Of a stretch of DNA of 64,000 nucleotides, positions 27,711-37,240 are shown in pieces. The notes below the pieces were generated by a model. That model was not told where the DNA came from, searched no databases, and worked only from the letters and a program-made list of their open reading frames with translations. This stretch comes from Paracoccaceae bacterium. GTDB taxonomy: Bacteria > Pseudomonadota > Alphaproteobacteria > Rhodobacterales > Rhodobacteraceae. The number at the start of each line of letters is the position of its first letter. Within the stretch, counting starts at the first letter, position 1. The translations under genes were made by a program, and so were the position numbers. The DNA lies in the NCBI GenBank assembly GCA_051859505.1, contig JBHYFN010000011.1:30892-94891 (forward strand). The letters are read 5' to 3'.

Positions 27711-28133
27711 TCAGCCGACCAGTTCGAGGCCCGAAAAGAAGAAGGCGATCTCTTCCCTGGCCGTCTCGGGCGCGTCCGAGCCGTGCACCGAATTCTCGCC
27801 CACCGATTCCGCGAATTCGGCGCGGATCGTGCCGGGGGCGGCATCCTTGGGATTGGTCGCGCCCATCACCTCGCGGTTGCGCACGACGGCATCCTCGCCC
27901 TCGAGCACCTGCACCACGACCGGACCCGAGGCCATGAACTCGGTCAATTCGCCGAAGAAGGGCCGCTCGCGATGGACCGCATAAAACTGGCCGGCCTGAT
28001 CGACGGTCAGCTGGATCCGCTTCTGGGCGACGATGCGCAGGCCGGCCTCTTCGAATTTGGCATTGATCTTGCCGGTCAGATTGCGCCGGGTGGCGTCCGG
28101 CTTGATGATGGAAAGGGTGCGTTCGGTCGCCAT
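27711..28133 (-). CDS. ndk: Nucleoside-diphosphate kinase
   Basis: 140 aa. [14 protein letters not shown]...[20 protein letters not shown] is a full-length Ndk match. Confidence 0.97.
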   Translation of the reverse strand: MATERTLSIIKPDATRRNLTGKINAKFEEAGLRIVAQKRIQLTVDQAGQFYAVHRERPFFGELTEFMASGPVVVQVLEGEDAVVRNREVMGATNPKDAAPGTIRAEFAESVGENSVHGSDAPETAREEIAFFFSGLELVG

Positions 28134-28226
28134 GTCTGAACCTCTGGACTGAAAAGCGGGGCCAGCCCCGCAAAGGACGCGGCCCCGTTAGCATGGCCCC
28201 CCGGGGATGAAAAGCGCCGCCGCGCC

Positions 28227-28258
<32 letters not shown>

Positions 28259-28326
28259 TTCCTGCTTCTTTTGTTCCCAAATATCCCGGGGGGAGGCGCC
28301 AGAGGCGCCGGGGGGCAGCGCCCCCC
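28259..28326 (+). repeat. Family-1 dispersed repeat, copy C
   Basis: ttcctgcttcttttgttcccaaatatcccgggggg + ggcgcc-aga-ggcgcc + ggggggc-agc-gcccccc. Confidence 0.88.
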
Positions 28327-28393
28327 TGCCACACCTCCGCCAGGACCACCCCGTCCCATTGCCCTCGCCCGCCATTTGCCCCAGAACAGCCGC

Positions 28394-29773
28394 ATGGCCC
28401 GCGACACCGCCTTCACCTGTTCCGCCTGTGGCGCGACCCACCCGCGCTGGTCCGGCCGGTGCGAGGCCTGCGGCGGCTGGAACACGATCCACGAAGAGGC
28501 CCCCCTCGCCACCGGCCCCGCCTCGAAAACCCTCGGGCGCAAGCGCGGCAGCGCCATCACGCTGACCGATCTGGCCACGAAGGAAGCCCCGCCCCCCCGC
28601 ACCCTCGCCGGCGTCGAAGAGCTTGACCGGGTGCTCGGCGGTGGCCTCGTGCCGGCCTCGGCGATCCTTCTGGGCGGCGATCCGGGCATCGGCAAGTCCA
28701 CGCTCCTCTTGCAGGCCGCCGCCCGCTTCGCCCGCAACGGCCTTTCCGTCGTCTATGTCTCGGGCGAGGAATCGGCCGCGCAAGTGCGCATGCGCGCCGC
28801 GCGCCTCGGCCTGACCGAAAGCCCGGTCCGCCTCGCCGCCGAAACCAACCTGCGCGATATCCTCACCACGCTCGAAACCGCCGCCCCCGATCTCGTCATC
28901 ATCGATTCGATCCAGACGATGTGGGCCGATCATGTCGAGGCCGCCCCCGGCTCGGTCAGCCAGGTCCGCGCCGCCGCCCATGAACTGACCGCCTTCGCCA
29001 AGCGCCGCGGCATCAGCGTCGTCATGGTCGGCCATGTCACCAAGGAAGGCGCCATCGCCGGCCCCCGCGTGATCGAGCATATGGTCGATTGCGTCCTCTA
29101 TTTCGAAGGCGAACGCGGCCATCCCTTCCGCATCCTGCGCGCCGTCAAGAACCGCTTCGGCCCCGCCGACGAGATCGGCGTCTTCGAGATGACGGGCAAG
29201 GGCCTGGCCGAAGTGCGCAACCCCTCGGCCCTGTTCCTCTCCGAACGCGGCCAGCCCGCGCCGGGATCGGTGGTCTTCGCCGGGATCGAGGGCACGCGCC
29301 CCATCCTGTGCGAGTTTCAGGCGCTGATCGCCCCCGCCCCCTCGGGCCAGGCGCGCCGCTCGGTCGTCGGCTGGGATGGCGGGCGGCTTGCGATGATCCT
29401 CGCCGTGCTCGAGTCGCGCTGCGGCATCGCATTCGCCGGGCTCGACGTCTATCTCAACGTGGCCGGCGGGCTGCGCATCGGCGAACCGGCCGCCGATCTT
29501 GCGGTTGCCGCGGCGCTGATCTCGGCCCGGCAGGACCAGCCGCTCGATCCTTCCTGTGTCATTTTCGGCGAGATCAGCCTCTCGGGTGCGCTGCGTCCGG
29601 TGTCGCAAACGGAAAACCGGTTGAAAGAGGCGCAAAAACTTGGTTTCACCACGGCGATCCTGCCAAAAGCGGTCAAGCGGACGGCGGGTGCCGGGATGAC
29701 ATTGCGCGAGGTCGCCGATCTGGCGGGTTTCGCGGACGAGATCTTCGGCATCAGGGCGGAAAGCCGGGAATAG
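28394..29773 (+). CDS. radA: DNA repair protein RadA (Sms)
   Basis: Start at internal ATG: MARDTAFTCSACGATHPRWSGRCEACGGWNT zinc finger, Walker A GGDPGIGKST, KNRFG motif, and a Lon-like C-terminal domain. Confidence 0.95.
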   Translation: MARDTAFTCSACGATHPRWSGRCEACGGWNTIHEEAPLATGPASKTLGRKRGSAITLTDLATKEAPPPRTLAGVEELDRVLGGGLVPASAILLGGDPGIGKSTLLLQAAARFARNGLSVVYVSGEESAAQVRMRAARLGLTESPVRLAAETNLRDILTTLETAAPDLVIIDSIQTMWADHVEAAPGSVSQVRAAAHELTAFAKRRGISVVMVGHVTKEGAIAGPRVIEHMVDCVLYFEGERGHPFRILRAVKNRFGPADEIGVFEMTGKGLAEVRNPSALFLSERGQPAPGSVVFAGIEGTRPILCEFQALIAPAPSGQARRSVVGWDGGRLAMILAVLESRCGIAFAGLDVYLNVAGGLRIGEPAADLAVAAALISARQDQPLDPSCVIFGEISLSGALRPVSQTENRLKEAQKLGFTTAILPKAVKRTAGAGMTLREVADLAGFADEIFGIRAESRE

Positions 29774-29783
29774 GGGCGAGGGC

Positions 29784-30338
29784 ATGGAAGGTTTCACCAT
29801 CATCGACGGGGTTGTCGCCGTCATCATCGTGCTTTCGGCGCTGCTCGCCTATTCGCGCGGCTTCGTGCGCGAGACGCTCGCCATCCTCGGCTGGATCGCG
29901 GCGGCCGTGCTGGCCTTCCTCTTTGCCGATCAGGTCCGCCCGCTGATCGCGGGCCTGCCGATCGTGGGCGATTTCATCGGCGGCTCCTGCGAACTGGCGC
30001 TGATCGCGGCTTTCGCGGCGGTCTTTGCGCTGGCACTCGTGGTCTTTTCGATCTTCACGCCGCTCTTTTCCTCGGTGGTGCAGCGCTCGGTCCTGGGCGG
30101 GCTCGACCAGGGGCTGGGCTTCCTCTTCGGCGTCTTGCGCGGCATCCTCCTCGTGGGCGTGGCCTTCTTCGTCTACGAGACGGTGCTGGCCGCCCAGTCG
30201 ATCGCCATGATTGAAGACAGCCGCGCGGCGGCGGTCTTTTCGCGCATGACCGGCACGATCGAGGAACAGGATCCCGAACAGGCGCTGGGCTGGGTCACCC
30301 GCCAGTACGAGCAACTGGTCAGCAACTGCGGCAACTGA
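29784..30338 (+). CDS. cvpA: CvpA-family membrane protein (colicin V production protein)
   Basis: 184 aa, four hydrophobic helices. N-terminus MEGFTIIDGVVAVIIVLSALLAYSRGFVRE. Conserved radA-cvpA-purF order. Confidence 0.85.
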   Translation: MEGFTIIDGVVAVIIVLSALLAYSRGFVRETLAILGWIAAAVLAFLFADQVRPLIAGLPIVGDFIGGSCELALIAAFAAVFALALVVFSIFTPLFSSVVQRSVLGGLDQGLGFLFGVLRGILLVGVAFFVYETVLAAQSIAMIEDSRAAAVFSRMTGTIEEQDPEQALGWVTRQYEQLVSNCGN

Positions 30339-30436
30339 CCTCCCCGATCGCCGGCCAGAATGTGATAGGTTCGTGACAGCCTGCCCTCCTGCGGCTAAGA
30401 GGGGGCAAGCCTGACACCGGATCCGGAGCTGCCCCC

Positions 30437-31948
30437 TTGTCCTGCCCTGCCCAAGGCCCCAGACGCTTTCCCCCCCATCCGTTCGACCCCGCCACCGATG
30501 ACGACAAGCTGCGTGAGGAATGCGGCGTCTTCGGCGTGATCGGCGTCACCGATGCGGCCAATTTCATCGCGCTGGGCCTGCACGCCCTCCAGCACCGCGG
30601 GCAAGAGGCCGGCGGCATCGTCACCCACGACCCCGAGACCGGGTTCAACTCGGCCCGCCGCATGGGCCTCGTGCGCGACAATTTCACCAGCCACGAGGTG
30701 ATGCAGACCCTGCCCGGCGCCATCGGGATCGGCCATGTCCGCTATTCCACCGCCGGTGGCAAGGGCCAGACCGCGATCCGCGACGTGCAGCCCTTCTTCG
30801 GCGAATTCGCCATGGGGGGGGCGGCCATCGCGCATAACGGCAACATCACCAATGCGGTGTCGCTGCGGCGCGAACTGATCGAGCGCGGCTCGATCTTCCA
30901 GTCCTCCTCCGACACCGAATGCATCATCCACCTGATGGCCCGCTCGATGGGCCGCTCGATCCCCGACCGCATGGAAGAGGCGCTGCGCAAGGTCGAAGGC
31001 GCCTTCTCCATCGTCGCCATGACCCGGACCAAGCTGATCGGCTGCCGCGATCCGCTGGGCGTGCGCCCGCTGGTCCTGGGCCGCGTGGGCCCTGCCGCCA
31101 ACAACGCCTGGGCGCTCGCCTCCGAAACCTGCGCGCTCGACATCATCGGCGCCGAATTCGTGCGCGAGATCGCGCCGGGCGAAATGGTCGTCATCAGCCC
31201 CGACAAGGGGCTCGAAAGCCATTTCCCCTTCCGCCAGCGCAAACCGCGCTTCTGCATCTTCGAACATGTCTATTTCAGCCGCCCCGACAGCACGCTCGGC
31301 GGCCGCTCGGTCTATGAAACCCGCGAGGCGATCGGCCGCGAACTGGCGAAAGAAGCCCCGGTCGAGGCCGATCTCGTCTGCCCCGTCCCCGACAGCGGCA
31401 CCCCGGCCGCAATCGGCTATTCGCTGGCCTCGGGCATTCCCTTCGCCATGGGGATCATCCGCAACCAATACATGGGCCGCACCTTCATCGAACCTTCCGA
31501 ACAGATCCGCAACATGGGCGTGCGCCTCAAGCTCAACGTCAACCGCGCGCTGATCCGGGGCAAGCGGGTGATCCTCGTCGACGATTCGGTCGTGCGCGGC
31601 ACCACCAGCCGCAAGATCAAGGAGATGATCCTCGATGCCGGCGCCGCCGAAGTGCATTTCCGCATCGCCTCGCCCCCCACCGCCTGGCCCTGTTTCTACG
31701 GCGTCGACACGCCCCAGCGCGAGAAACTCCTCGCCGCCACCATGTCCGAGGAAGAGATGCGCGCCCATCTCGCGGTCGATTCGCTGCGCTTCATCTCGCT
31801 CGACGGCCTCTACCGCGCGGTGGGCGAGGCGATGGGCCGCAACCCCGAGGCGCCGCAATACTGCGACGCCTGTTTCTCGGGCGACTACCCGGTGATCCCC
31901 GCCGACATGATCGACCAGGGCTTCCGCATGAAAACCGCCGCCGAATAG
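30437..31948 (+). CDS. purF: Amidophosphoribosyltransferase
   Basis: The ECGVFGV catalytic Cys follows a propeptide. HRGQE, the PRTase motif VILVDDSVVRGTT, and C-terminal CDACFSGDYP. The listed start codon is TTG, so the exact start is uncertain. Confidence 0.92.
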   Translation: MSCPAQGPRRFPPHPFDPATDDDKLREECGVFGVIGVTDAANFIALGLHALQHRGQEAGGIVTHDPETGFNSARRMGLVRDNFTSHEVMQTLPGAIGIGHVRYSTAGGKGQTAIRDVQPFFGEFAMGGAAIAHNGNITNAVSLRRELIERGSIFQSSSDTECIIHLMARSMGRSIPDRMEEALRKVEGAFSIVAMTRTKLIGCRDPLGVRPLVLGRVGPAANNAWALASETCALDIIGAEFVREIAPGEMVVISPDKGLESHFPFRQRKPRFCIFEHVYFSRPDSTLGGRSVYETREAIGRELAKEAPVEADLVCPVPDSGTPAAIGYSLASGIPFAMGIIRNQYMGRTFIEPSEQIRNMGVRLKLNVNRALIRGKRVILVDDSVVRGTTSRKIKEMILDAGAAEVHFRIASPPTAWPCFYGVDTPQREKLLAATMSEEEMRAHLAVDSLRFISLDGLYRAVGEAMGRNPEAPQYCDACFSGDYPVIPADMIDQGFRMKTAAE

Positions 31949-32014
31949 CCCCCGACTACCCCCCCAAACAGCCGCCAAACAGCCGCCAACCCCGGCGCCG
32001 CGGCCCCCCGCCCC

Positions 32015-32080
32015 TGCTTCTTTTGTTTGAAAATATCCTCTGGGGGTCCGGGGGGCGAAGCACCCCCGGGCGCCGGGGCA
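32015..32080 (+). repeat. Family-1 dispersed repeat, copy D
   Basis: ctgcttcttttgtttgaaaatatcctctggggg + ccgggggg-cgaagca-cccccgg hairpin. Lies between the convergent purF and GT61-like genes. Confidence 0.8.
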
Positions 32081-32090
32081 AGATCCGCCC

Positions 32091-33221
32091 TCAGGCCCCT
32101 TCAAGCGCCGCCATCACCGCCGCCACATCCGCCCGGCAGGCATAGTGATAGCGCCCCGTCACCCGTCGCGGCAGCTGCGCCAGCCGCGCCCAGAGCGGCA
32201 CCTCGCCCCGCGGCAGCGGCCCGGGCGCGCGAATGATCCGGTGCTCCAGCCCCAGATTGGCGCAGGCCAGATCCAGCCAGGGCTCCTGCACCGGGCCGGG
32301 GCGGATCTCGATCACCCGGGCCCCGGGTGCCAGGAACACCAGGTTCGCAAGCCCCGCCCCGCTTGGCCCCAGAAGGATCCGCGCGCCCCCCACCGCCGCC
32401 GCCTGATCGGCCACCCGCATCCGCCCCGGCTGCAGGATCCGCACCCCGCGCGCCCGCAGACCTTCCAGCAGCGCCGCCTCGTTGACGATGATCCGCCCCG
32501 TCTGCCAGCGCCGGCCCAGATAGACCGGCGGCCCATCCCCCTGCGCTTCCCCCGCAGCCGAAGCCGCCAGCACCCCGCCCAGATCCCGCAGCATGCCGCC
32601 CGCGCGGTGCAGGTAGTGGTTCTGCGCCGTCGTCAGGATCAGGTGATCCACCGCCACCACATCGTCGCGAACCTCGCGCAGCGCCGTGCGGATCCCCGCC
32701 CGCGCCACAAGATCGCGCTGCCACCGGCTCAGAAGCGGCGACAGCGGCGCATGACGCGCCAGAAGGCCCGCCCGCTCGGCCCAGAGAAGCGGCGGCAGCG
32801 CGTCGAACAGGAAATGCCCGTAATTCGCCCCCGCACCGGCATTCATCCAGACCATCCCCCGCGACAGCCGCCGCATCGAGGCCGGCGCCACGAAGCGCAG
32901 CCCCCCGGGCCCCGAATGCATCCCCCGCAGCCGCGCCATATCGCCCCGCGCGATCCGCCCGCCCGCCTCGGTCGCCTGCACGATCCGCCCGTCCGGCCCC
33001 AGAACGATGCCCCGCCCCGGCCAGACCACCGCGCCGCGCAGATGGACCAGCACCACATCGCCCGCCGCCTGCCCGGCAAGGGTCGCGGGCGCCTCGATCT
33101 CGTCCCAGTGACCCGGCCCCGGCGGGCTTTCCCCCCGCGCCAGCCGCGCCGCCAGCCCCGGCAAGGCGGCATAGGCGCTGCGCTCGGGTTCAGAGCCGGG
33201 CTGAACGGCGATCACGTTCAT
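32091..33221 (-). CDS. Glycosyltransferase family 61-like (DUF563) protein
   Basis: 376 aa. NYGHFLFDALPPLLW and ARILLGPSGAGLANLVFLAPGARVIEI match the GT61/DUF563 pattern. Confidence 0.7.
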   Translation of the reverse strand: MNVIAVQPGSEPERSAYAALPGLAARLARGESPPGPGHWDEIEAPATLAGQAAGDVVLVHLRGAVVWPGRGIVLGPDGRIVQATEAGGRIARGDMARLRGMHSGPGGLRFVAPASMRRLSRGMVWMNAGAGANYGHFLFDALPPLLWAERAGLLARHAPLSPLLSRWQRDLVARAGIRTALREVRDDVVAVDHLILTTAQNHYLHRAGGMLRDLGGVLAASAAGEAQGDGPPVYLGRRWQTGRIIVNEAALLEGLRARGVRILQPGRMRVADQAAAVGGARILLGPSGAGLANLVFLAPGARVIEIRPGPVQEPWLDLACANLGLEHRIIRAPGPLPRGEVPLWARLAQLPRRVTGRYHYACRADVAAVMAALEGA

Positions 33222-34078
33222 GCCGCCCCCGCCGCCGCGATCCCGACCAGCCGGATATCGCAGGCATTGCGCTCGGCCAGGAAGGCCTGCATCTCGGGCG
33301 TGCGGAACACCGCGCGGTCAAAGGTCGAGCGGCTTTCGTTCAGCCGCGCGACGGGCGGCGGCTCCTGCCCGGTCAGGGCGCGAAAGGCCGGCGCGATATC
33401 GCGGCCCAGCCCGATGCCGGCATAGTCCTGCAGCCGCGCGGCGATCCGTTCCTCGTCCCAGTCGCGCCACCAGTCGGGGCTGTCGGGCCGGGGCGGCGCT
33501 TCCAGCACATAGGTCGATTGCAGGTTCAGAAACAGCGACCAATGCTCCGACAGGATCGGGATGATCGCGCGCGGATCGGCATTGTCGGTGGCCCGGATCC
33601 GCCGCGACAGATGCCGCGCGAAACCGTCATAGCGCCAGTAGCGCCAGGGGCCACGGTCGAAGATCTCGATCCACCACTGGTAATGCGAGGCGACCTGATC
33701 GGTCGGATCGCGCAGAAGCGTCACATAGCGCGCCGGCCGGCCGATCCGCGCCATATGGGCCTCCATCACCGCCCGCGTCAGATGCCCGCTGACCCAGTCG
33801 GCCCCCGCCAGCAGCCGGTCGAATGTCGCGGGCTGGCGCGCATGAAGCTCCAGATGCGAACAGCCCCGCGCCAGGCCCCGTGCCAGCCAGCGCCCGCCCA
33901 CCGAATTGTCGATCACCGCCCCCGGCAGAAGCCGCGCCGCCACCGCCCAGCCCCGGGGCGAGACGCGCGGGCCATGGTGGCGCAGCAGAAGGCTGTTGAG
34001 CGTGCTGCCCGCGGTCTTGGGAACATGGATGAAGATGTCGAGGGGGTCGCGCCGGGCTGTGGCGACGGGCTGGGGCAT
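33218..34078 (-). CDS. Sulfotransferase family protein (Sulfotransfer_2-like)
   Basis: Start at internal ATG (MPQPVATARRDPLDIFIHVPKTAGSTLNSLL). IHVPKTAGS is the 5-prime-PSB-type PAPS loop of carbohydrate sulfotransferases. ATGA overlap with the GT61 gene. Confidence 0.7.
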   Translation of the reverse strand: MPQPVATARRDPLDIFIHVPKTAGSTLNSLLLRHHGPRVSPRGWAVAARLLPGAVIDNSVGGRWLARGLARGCSHLELHARQPATFDRLLAGADWVSGHLTRAVMEAHMARIGRPARYVTLLRDPTDQVASHYQWWIEIFDRGPWRYWRYDGFARHLSRRIRATDNADPRAIIPILSEHWSLFLNLQSTYVLEAPPRPDSPDWWRDWDEERIAARLQDYAGIGLGRDIAPAFRALTGQEPPPVARLNESRSTFDRAVFRTPEMQAFLAERNACDIRLVGIAAAGAA

Positions 34079-34185
34079 GGCGCACTCTCGGCTGGCTCTC
34101 GGCCCCCTGATAGGCAAGCGGCCCGCCCCCCGCAAGCAGGCGAGAACGCGCCGGCGCTTCTTGCGGCCGCTTGCGCTTTTCGCTT

Positions 34186-34794
34186 ATGCAGCGGCGCATG
34201 AGCGCGCCCCGTTTCGCCAATATCTTTGTCCTGTGCACCGGGCGCTGCGGATCGACGACTTTCGCGCGGGCCTGCGGCCATCTGACCAACTACACCGCCG
34301 CCCATGAAAGCCGCTATGACATCCTGGGCCCCGAGCGTCTGGCCTATCCGCCCGGCCATATCGAGGTCGACAACCGCCTTGCCTGGTTCCTGGGCCGCCT
34401 GGGCGCGCGGTTCGGCGATGAGGCGGGATATGTGCATCTGACCCGCGACGCAGAGGAAGTGGCCCGCAGCTATGCCCTGCGCGGACGGCACGGCATCATC
34501 CGCGGCTATCGTCGCGACATCCATTACCGCCCCCGCGCCGAGGACAGCCCCGAAGAGCTGGTCGCCATCGCCCGCGACTATGTCGAGACCGTCACCGCCA
34601 ATATCGAGGCCTTCCTGAAGGACCGGCCCCATGTGCTGCGGATCCGGCTGGAAAGCCTCGGCCCTGATTTCGACCGATTCTGCGACTGGGCCGGGGCCAC
34701 GGGCGACATGGATGCCGCCCGCGCCACGCTTGGCCGCATCCATAACGCCAGCCGGCCCGCCAAAGTCAGCCCCTCCAAAGGAACGCGCCCATGA
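34186..34794 (+). CDS. Sulfotransferase-like P-loop protein (Stf0-like)
   Basis: IFVLCTGRCGSTTFARAC resembles a PAPS-binding loop. The ORF-track start at 34171 is TTG, and in-frame ATGs lie at 34186 and 34198. Divergent from the other sulfotransferase. Confidence 0.55.
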   Translation: MQRRMSAPRFANIFVLCTGRCGSTTFARACGHLTNYTAAHESRYDILGPERLAYPPGHIEVDNRLAWFLGRLGARFGDEAGYVHLTRDAEEVARSYALRGRHGIIRGYRRDIHYRPRAEDSPEELVAIARDYVETVTANIEAFLKDRPHVLRIRLESLGPDFDRFCDWAGATGDMDAARATLGRIHNASRPAKVSPSKGTRP

Positions 34795-35447
34795 AAACCG
34801 CCCTGATCACCGGCGCCTCGCGCGGCCTTGGCGCCGCCCTGGCCGAGGCGATGGCCCCGACCCATCACCTGATCCTCGTCGCCCGCACCACCGGCGGCCT
34901 GGAAGAGACCGACGACAGGGTCAAGGCCCGCGGCGGCGAGGCCACGCTGGCGCCGATGGACATCACCATCCCGGCCGCGATGCAGCAGCTTTGCGCCTCG
35001 ATCCACGCGCGCTGGGGCGGGCTCGATCTCTGGCTGCATCCGGCGATCCATGCGGCCCCGCTCGCCCCCACCGCGCATCTGGCGGAAAAGGATTTCGACA
35101 AATCGCTTGCGATCAATGTCGCGGCGACGGCGCGGCTGATCGGCTATGTCGCGCCGCTTCTGGGGGCCACGGGGCGGGCGGTGTTCCTTGACGATCCGCG
35201 CGGCGGCGAAAAGTTCTTCGGCGCCTATGGGGCCACCAAGGCCGCCCAGATCGCCCTTGCCCGCAGCTGGCAGGGCGAGACGCAGCGGATCGGCCCCGAG
35301 GTCCGCATCCTCACCCCCCGCCCGATGCGCACCGCCACCCGCGCCCGGTTCTATCCCGGAGAGGATCGCGACGCCCTTGCCGCCTCGGCCGAAGAGGCCG
35401 CGCGGCTTCTGCCCGAAATCCTCTCGGACAGTCCCGTCGCTGGCTAG
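34791..35447 (+). CDS. SDR-family oxidoreductase
   Basis: 218 aa. MKTALITGASRGLG, YGATKAA. ATGA overlap with the upstream gene and SD aaaggaa. Confidence 0.85.
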   Translation: MKTALITGASRGLGAALAEAMAPTHHLILVARTTGGLEETDDRVKARGGEATLAPMDITIPAAMQQLCASIHARWGGLDLWLHPAIHAAPLAPTAHLAEKDFDKSLAINVAATARLIGYVAPLLGATGRAVFLDDPRGGEKFFGAYGATKAAQIALARSWQGETQRIGPEVRILTPRPMRTATRARFYPGEDRDALAASAEEAARLLPEILSDSPVAG

Positions 35448-35474
35448 GCACGGCCCGAACCCGGCCGCCCTGGC

Positions 35475-36323
35475 CTAGCCGCCCTGCAGCGACAGGCCCC
35501 TGCGGCCGGCAAGATCGGTGAAATACTGCCAGGCCACCCGGCCCGACCGGCTGCCCCGCGTGGCCTGCCATTCGATCGCCTCGGCGCGCAGCTCGGCCTC
35601 GTCGATCCTCACGCCATAGGCCGCGCAATAGCCGCGGATCATCGCAAGGTAATCGTCCTGACTGCAGGGATGAAAGCCCAGCCAAAGCCCGAACCTGTCC
35701 GAGAGCGAGACCTTTTCTTCGACCGCCTCGGAGGGGTTGATCGCCTGCTGGCGTTCGTTCTCGATCATGTCGCGCGGCATCAGGTGCCGCCGGTTCGAGG
35801 TCGCGTACAGCACGACATTCTCCGGCCGCCCCTCGATCCCGCCATCCAGCACCGCCTTGAGCGATTTGTAATGCGCATCGTCATGGCCGAAGGACAGATC
35901 ATCGCAGAACAGGATGAACCGCCCCGGCGCCTCGCGCAGAAGTGCAAGGCAGCGGCCGATCGTGGGCAGGTCCTCGCGCTGGACCTCGACGATCTTCAGC
36001 GCCGGAAACTCGGCCTGGACCGCGCCATGCACCGCCTTGACGAGGCTGGATTTCCCCATCCCGCGCGCGCCCCACAGCAGCGCATTGTTCGCCACGAAGC
36101 CTTGGGCGAAGCGCCGGGTATTCTCGATCAGCGTATCGCGCGCCCGGTTGACGCCGACCAGAAGCGACACGTCGATCCGGTTCACCCGCGCCACCGGCAA
36201 AAGCCGGTCCGGGTCGGGATGCCAGACATAGGCGGCCGCGGTGAAATCGGGCGCGGGCGCGGGCGGCGGGCTGATCCGCTCCAGCGCTTCGGCGATCCGC
36301 GCAAGCAGCTCTGCCTCGCTCAC
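35475..36323 (-). CDS. DUF815-family AAA+ ATP-binding protein
   Basis: 282 aa, GTG start. LLWGARGMGKSSLVKA Walker A, FILFCDDLSF Walker B. Overlaps the tatC stop (GTGA). Confidence 0.8.
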   Translation of the reverse strand: MSEAELLARIAEALERISPPPAPAPDFTAAAYVWHPDPDRLLPVARVNRIDVSLLVGVNRARDTLIENTRRFAQGFVANNALLWGARGMGKSSLVKAVHGAVQAEFPALKIVEVQREDLPTIGRCLALLREAPGRFILFCDDLSFGHDDAHYKSLKAVLDGGIEGRPENVVLYATSNRRHLMPRDMIENERQQAINPSEAVEEKVSLSDRFGLWLGFHPCSQDDYLAMIRGYCAAYGVRIDEAELRAEAIEWQATRGSRSGRVAWQYFTDLAGRRGLSLQGG

Positions 36324-37240
36324 GCCTTGAGATCCTCTTCAGCGTCGTCGTCGGGCGCCTCGTCGTAAAGCGATTCGTCCTCGCCCAGAACGCCCGCCTC
36401 GCGCAGTTCCTGTTCGCGCCGCTTCTCGATCCGCTTGATCAGGAAGATCGAGATTTCGTACAGCGGATAGATCGCGAGGAAGAGAATCAGCTGCGTGATC
36501 ACATCGGGCGGCGTCACCAGCGCCGCCGTCATCAGGATCAGCACGACCGCATATTTGCGCATCCGCCCCAGCCCGGCCGAGGTGACAAGCCCCGCCTTGC
36601 CCATCAGCGTCAGCAGCACGGGCAGCTGGAAACAGAGGCCAAAGGCCACGATCAGCTTGAGCGAGATGTCCAGCGTCTCGTTCACCTTGCCCTGAAAGAC
36701 GATGTCGATCCCGCTGTCCGAGGTGGGCAGGGCCGGAGCCTCGCCATCAACGCCAGGCACCAGCGTCGCCAGAAGCGAGGAGGCATCGGCAAAGCCCAGG
36801 AAGAACCGCATCGCGAAAGGCGTGACGACGTAATGCGCGAAGGCGGCCCCGGCCAGAAACAGCAGGGGCGAGGCCAGAAGGAAGGGCAGGAAAGCGGATT
36901 TTTCCGACCGATAGAGCCCCGGCGCGACAAATCTCCACAGTTGATAGGCGATCACCGGAAAGGAAAGTGCGAGCCCCCCCACCATCGAAATGCGCACGAG
37001 GGTGAAGAAATACTCTTGCGGCGCAGTGTATTGCATCACCGGATTGGGGTCGCCCAGGCCGCGCATCGTCGCCTCGATCGGGCCGAGGATGAAGGCCAGG
37101 ATCGGCTGCGCCACGGCGAAACAGGCGACCATCGCCACGACGAAGGCCAGAACCGACCGGATCAGCCGGGTGCGCAATTCGGCCAGATGCTCGATCAGCG
37201 GGGCCGAGCTGTCTTCGATATCGTCTTCGACCTGCGCCAT
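36320..37240 (-). CDS. tatC: Twin-arginine translocase subunit TatC
   Basis: 306 aa. PLIEHLAELRTRLIRS, six TM helices, LWRFVAPGLY. Confidence 0.93.
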   Translation of the reverse strand: MAQVEDDIEDSSAPLIEHLAELRTRLIRSVLAFVVAMVACFAVAQPILAFILGPIEATMRGLGDPNPVMQYTAPQEYFFTLVRISMVGGLALSFPVIAYQLWRFVAPGLYRSEKSAFLPFLLASPLLFLAGAAFAHYVVTPFAMRFFLGFADASSLLATLVPGVDGEAPALPTSDSGIDIVFQGKVNETLDISLKLIVAFGLCFQLPVLLTLMGKAGLVTSAGLGRMRKYAVVLILMTAALVTPPDVITQLILFLAIYPLYEISIFLIKRIEKRREQELREAGVLGEDESLYDEAPDDDAEEDLKA

